Source: an uncultured archaeon
Lineage (GTDB): Archaea; Thermoplasmatota; Thermoplasmata; Thermoplasmatales; Thermoplasmataceae
Length of the DNA stretch: 64,000 bases
NCBI GenBank assembly: GCA_000965745.1
Contig: CP009479.1
Span: 1,536,001-1,600,000, forward strand
Reading direction: 5' to 3'
Position numbers and translations under genes: made by a program. The notes below the pieces were generated by a model. The model made no database searches. It was not told the DNA's origin and was given only the letters and a program-made list of their open reading frames with translations. Positions 59,994 through 64,000 of the stretch are shown piece after piece; positions within the stretch are counted from its first letter, which is position 1; every line of letters starts with the position of its first letter.

Positions 59994-60398
59994 CTATCCA
60001 ACAACCCTGAAACTGTCCCTGCTTTTGAAATCCTTATCAAATGTGGCCAATTTATCTATATGGTTACTTTCGACAACCTCTAGAATGGTGCAATCTGTGA
60101 AACTGAACTTTGTAACTTTTTGATTTCTGAACCTGTTCCAGGATGCTTCAAATGTATCGCTGCCAACATCGAGTACTGGCATCGACTCCTTGATCAAGGC
60201 CCCAGTCTTAACCGCTGAATCCAATGATTTAGAACGTACCAGAACAACAGTCACAGTCTCATCAAACACGTACTCTGATGTGATTGCAGGACCATGTTTT
60301 CCACTTACTATCTCCTCCATTATCGAAACGGCATTTTCATGATTGGAGTCCTTGTCAACAATAAATGCAACCAGCACACTTGTATCGAGGAAGATCAA
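59994..60398 (-). CDS. vapC: VapC PIN-domain toxin
   Basis: IFLDTS, VFDE, SFTDC, TFDKDF. Confidence 0.9.
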   Translation of the reverse strand: MIFLDTSVLVAFIVDKDSNHENAVSIMEEIVSGKHGPAITSEYVFDETVTVVLVRSKSLDSAVKTGALIKESMPVLDVGSDTFEASWNRFRNQKVTKFSFTDCTILEVVESNHIDKLATFDKDFKSRDSFRVVG

Positions 60399-60670
60399 GC
60401 AGACTCACCGTAAAGGGTCTCATCAACTTCTTCACTCCATCTTACTGCCTTCTCGGTCTTGACTATTCCATTCAGGCTCAATATTCTCTCAATATGTGGC
60501 TTTCCCCGTTCTTCCAGTTTATCTAGCCATTCAGCCATTGCCTGATTGAGTGCATCTCCAACATTCCTATGCTCTTCTAAGGCTCTTTCCTTGAATTTAT
60601 TGTAAATGGCTTTGTTGATCTTTCTAACAACAAGGACATCACTTTCCCCTTTCCTTTTCCCATCATGCAT
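60395..60670 (-). CDS. Putative VapB antitoxin (RHH-like)
   Basis: Overlaps vapC; VRKINKAIY..FK..A...NVGDALNQAM, SEEVDETLYG tail. Confidence 0.75.
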   Translation of the reverse strand: MHDGKRKGESDVLVVRKINKAIYNKFKERALEEHRNVGDALNQAMAEWLDKLEERGKPHIERILSLNGIVKTEKAVRWSEEVDETLYGESA

Positions 60671-61036
60671 ATGTATAACATGTATAACAGAATATAATAC
60701 TTTATCTAATGCTTATAACCACGAGGACCATTTGACCTGCTATGCTATTCATTAAGATTTGAAATACAAACTATGAGCATTCTCAATGAGCTTTGGCCCC
60801 ATCGTGATCCATTTCTTCCTTATTTCTTTCCTTATGGCTGTCTGTTCCTGCGTTTAAATTTTAGGCTGTAACTTTGCTGTAAATAATAATTCACAATTGA
60901 TATTTAAACCGTTATTTTTTAACGCTGGACGGAGATCAAATATGTCTGCATTCCAAATACTGTGGACATAGTAACGTTGGTGGGTATGTAGGCGAAGAAT
61001 TTCGCATTGCCGCCGAAGGGGAAAGATGAATAGTAC

Positions 61037-61447
61037 GTGCACTCTCATTTAATTATGAGGAAAATGAATCTTAAGGGAATGAGAAAGAGGGATTACGCAT
61101 TTCTTGGAACATGGGCATTTTATCTCTACACTTTCAGCGTATTCTTCAACTCATGGGCCTATGGCGGTTCACCACCGTCCTACTTCGTAGGCAGATACTA
61201 CCTATTGTTTTACCCGACCTACATGGGCTATGACAGAACTGTTACTGATCCCGGGCCTTCGTTCTATCATTTGCTGCCAGCCACCATGCCCTATTACGAG
61301 AAGATATTGGTCAACTTCGAATGGAACTTATTGCATAACCCACTGGTCATACACATATTATCCATCTTAGTTGTGGCGTTTGGTGCCTATATATTTGTAA
61401 GCCTTGCCATGCAGAAAAGAAGAGTAGCTCCTGCTTCCATTAGCTGA
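61037..61447 (+). CDS. Hypothetical aromatic-rich membrane protein
   Basis: Two hydrophobic segments; start probably an internal ATG. Confidence 0.5.
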   Translation: MHSHLIMRKMNLKGMRKRDYAFLGTWAFYLYTFSVFFNSWAYGGSPPSYFVGRYYLLFYPTYMGYDRTVTDPGPSFYHLLPATMPYYEKILVNFEWNLLHNPLVIHILSILVVAFGAYIFVSLAMQKRRVAPASIS

Positions 61448-62088
61448 TACTTATGCTTTTTGAATTAGGCAGATTGGGACGAAACATCCATTTAAATTTG
61501 TCTTTAAACGTTATTTACCGTTATTTACGATTATTCACTGAAAAATTTACTTCCAAAGGTAAACCAAGTTTCTCCCACAGTACAAATTTAGTGAAGGATA
61601 CATTCACCACATTCATCGAAAATTCAGTATGTTTCATATATCACAGGAAGCTCTGAAAGACGATAAAGATGCCCATTGAAGATATACAAGGAGTCACACG
61701 TTCAGGAATGCAGGAGGGCGTTCATTTATTTGATTTCAGGAGAACTATTTTATTTTGGGTTCACAAAAAACATAGATGCTATAGTTTTCTACTTTTTCGA
61801 TAGTGATCCTGTTTAACAGAGGTTCGTAAAGCCGTATGATATATCAAACGAGACTTAATATAGAAATAGGAATATTTACATGTATTGTCCCGTAAAAAAG
61901 TTCATAACGTCAAAGAATTTATGGGCGAGGATTGCGCAAGCGAGACTTACGTAAAGGAATATAAAAAATCAATTAGCTTTGTGAGACCTCGTTATTTTGA
62001 CAGACTACTGTCTTTTGTTGTGAATACTTTCTTCATATTTTCCATAATATCTGTGGTACTTTCCCATTCTTTTGAACGAGGCACTATT

Positions 62089-62319
62089 TCATCCTTCCTT
62101 TCTGATTCTCCTGATCTTTATCATATAAAATAGGCCAGTGAAGCCTATGAACATAAGAACATAGAAAATAATAGCGCCCTCTAATGGGGCATCTCTGTGC
62201 AAGTACTCTGCCGCATAGTAAACAACTATTGCAAGAGGTACAGATACTATCCCGCCAAATATGAAACCCAAATAACCAAGCCTTATACTTTTTCTATGAG
62301 GGGCATCGCTATCTGTCAT
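62089..62319 (-). CDS. Small two-TM membrane protein
   Basis: Hydrophobic hairpin with basic C-terminus, TATA-like sequence upstream. Confidence 0.5.
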   Translation of the reverse strand: MTDSDAPHRKSIRLGYLGFIFGGIVSVPLAIVVYYAAEYLHRDAPLEGAIIFYVLMFIGFTGLFYMIKIRRIRKEG

Positions 62320-62521
62320 CGAAATAGTTATTATTATAGATATTTAAAATATGGCTTCTTTCTTGCTCTGTTTAACAATTCTTCCAATTGCCTGCCTGTA
62401 ACCGGATTATCTCCCATTTTCCTGTTTTTTCTGATCAGTTCATTGCTTTAACCACCTTTTTCGCTCCCTGATTAATATAGTCATATATCCAGAGCCTCTG
62501 GTACCCCTCCGTCTCCAGGCC

Positions 62522-62939
62522 TTGCATAAAGAGTTCATGAAAGATACCCTGAACACATTACTCAGAAAATACACCAGATATCCGCTGATGATCATCGATG
62601 AGATTGGTTGTCTGCCGCTGAATCGCGAAGAGTCGAATCTCCTGTTCCAGCTTGTCTCGTACAGGTATGAAAAGTGCTCAACAATATTCACCTCAAACAA
62701 GTCCTTCTATGAGTGGGGTGAGGTCATGGGTGACCAGGTCATGGCATCAGCCATCCTGGACAGGATACTGCATCACTGCACAGTGCTGAACATCAAGGGT
62801 GAGTCATACAAAGGCTCAAGGACCGGAGGAAGGGCAATCCTCCGCTGAATAAGGAGAAGTGAAAGGAAAATGGAAAGCATAAATATGGGTGGACAGATTT
62901 CGTTTGCCGATTTTGGACAATTTTCAGTTGGCGTTTACA
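62522..62939 (+). mobile_element. istB: IS21 family remnant: istB C-terminal fragment and right terminal repeats
   Basis: LMIIDEIG..LFQLVS.RYE..TSNK...WGE..AILDRILHH..IKGESY; two GGACA-starting repeats ending TTTACA at 62939. Confidence 0.85.
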
Positions 62940-63413
62940 AGTTGTCACCAAAAGCCCAAAAAAATTACTGTTTATCGAAATGCTTGCTCAGGTTGGCAAT
63001 TCTCGATTTAAGCCAAATGTAGTCCTTGTTCTCAATGCAACCTGCATCTTCAAGCTTATGTGCCATGGTAATCAGTTGAGGCTCAATATCGTTCCATGAC
63101 TTTCTAATCTCCTGTTTTACTTTCTGCTGCTCTTACGTTTCCTTTGTTACAGGCTTTTCCTTTGCCATAAAAGATAATTTACAATCGATATATAAACCAT
63201 TATTTCACTGGGTTGGACAAATTATCGAGAAGTTCGCATAATAATTTGCTTCCCAATTTGTATTACACGTATTACATGTATTACAACAAAAATATACTTG
63301 AAGGGTTAACCCAAGATTCTCCTAATTAAATTTCTAAGAGAAAGATACTCTTCCTCAACTCGACCTATTTTGAATACTTTTAATATACTCCCCCTTAAAT
63401 GTAGGATACCATT

Positions 63414-63457
63414 GCGGAGGTTGTCGAGCTAGGTCAAAGGCGATGGATTTAGGGTCC
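63414..63457 (+). pseudogene. 5' fragment of tRNA-Leu(UAG), probable att-site scar
   Basis: GCGGAGGTTGTCGAGCTAGGTCAAAGGCGATGGA-TTTAGGG-TCC: acceptor 5' strand, D-arm, anticodon loop; no variable or T arm follows. Confidence 0.8.
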
Positions 63458-63672
63458 GACTTACTTCTGGAAGTATTTCTGACCAATTTGTCCAGCGATT
63501 ATGACACCACAATGAGTATTGAACCGAAGCGAAAAGTTTGTGAAAAATTTGCCCTTAAGAACTTAGAAAGTAACTTTCTCTTAAACAGTAATTTTAACAA
63601 TCCCCTGTAAAGATAGTTCAGCAGATTTTATGAACACCAAAAAGTATGTATATTTAATACACATAATTATGC

Positions 63673-63897
63673 GTGTCAACTCAAAGACTCAATGTAACTG
63701 TGCCTGATGACGTATCCGACATTCTTAAGACTAAGAAGAATAAGTCAGAGTTTCTGGCTGAGGCTGTCAGGGAGAAAGCTATCAATGATAAGAAAAAGGA
63801 AATTATGGAGAAAGCACGAAAACTAAGGAAATACTATGATTCTGACGTGGATCTGACTTCTCTGAACTCTCTGGATTCTCAGGATTTTGTGGATTGA
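63673..63897 (+). CDS. Putative antitoxin (RHH/CopG-like) of MazF module
   Basis: RLNVTVPDDV...NKSEFLAEAVRE; directly upstream of mazF. Confidence 0.78.
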   Translation: MSTQRLNVTVPDDVSDILKTKKNKSEFLAEAVREKAINDKKKEIMEKARKLRKYYDSDVDLTSLNSLDSQDFVD

Positions 63898-63906
63898 GGG
63901 AAAGAG

Positions 63907-64000
63907 TTGAAACAAGGAGAAATCTGGTTGGTGAATCTCTCGCCAACAGTTGGTGCTGAAATTACCAAAACAAGGCCTTGTGTGATTACAAGCAGCAACG
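63907..64000 (+). CDS. PemK/MazF toxin, 5' part (runs off window)
   Basis: TTG-KQGEIWLVNLSPTVGAEITKTRPCVITSSN. Confidence 0.85.
   Translation, partial: MKQGEIWLVNLSPTVGAEITKTRPCVITSSN

Noticed and set aside
62345-62515. Minus-strand transposase-like relic (EGYQRLWIYDYI...)
   Set aside because: Multiple stops and no recognisable catalytic motif; family cannot be supported
63414-63457. Trans-spliced split tRNA 5' half
   Set aside because: Match extends beyond position 37/38 into the 3' anticodon stem, and no GC-rich pairing leader follows; att scar is more parsimonious
1-64000. CRISPR array, rRNA, complete tRNA, RNase P or SRP RNA
   Set aside because: No regularly spaced repeats or hallmark sequences seen by eye

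Overview
Archaeal chromosomal window, almost certainly from Thermoplasmatales. The evidence is a class II HMG-CoA reductase, Thermoplasma-type mevalonate enzymes (mevalonate-3-phosphate 5-kinase, 3,5-bisphosphomevalonate decarboxylase-like), GGGP/DGGGP synthases, aRF1, aIF2-beta-TRAM and VAT/CDC48. Positions 1-55 kb are mostly housekeeping genes. Embedded in them are: (i) a compact, relaxase-free four-gene operon of VirB2-, VirB6-, PrgI/VirB3- and VirB4-like genes (23.8-27.2 kb), a candidate domesticated DNA-transfer or secretion machine; (ii) a CdrS-like ribbon-helix-helix gene directly upstream of a degenerate FtsZ-like protein that has lost the GGGTGTG loop (13.6-14.8 kb); (iii) a complete IS605-type tnpA/tnpB element whose right end now supplies the pyrH stop codon, plus a 185-bp non-autonomous relative; and (iv) several genes that lack a canonical start, two of them with ACG behind a good Shine-Dalgarno. 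The last ~9 kb is an AT-richer accessory zone with DNA-repair genes, toxin-antitoxin modules (one duplicated and decayed), an IS21 remnant and a promoter-bearing 5' half of tRNA-Leu(UAG) that looks like an att scar. All assignments are from motif recognition by eye; no database searches were run.
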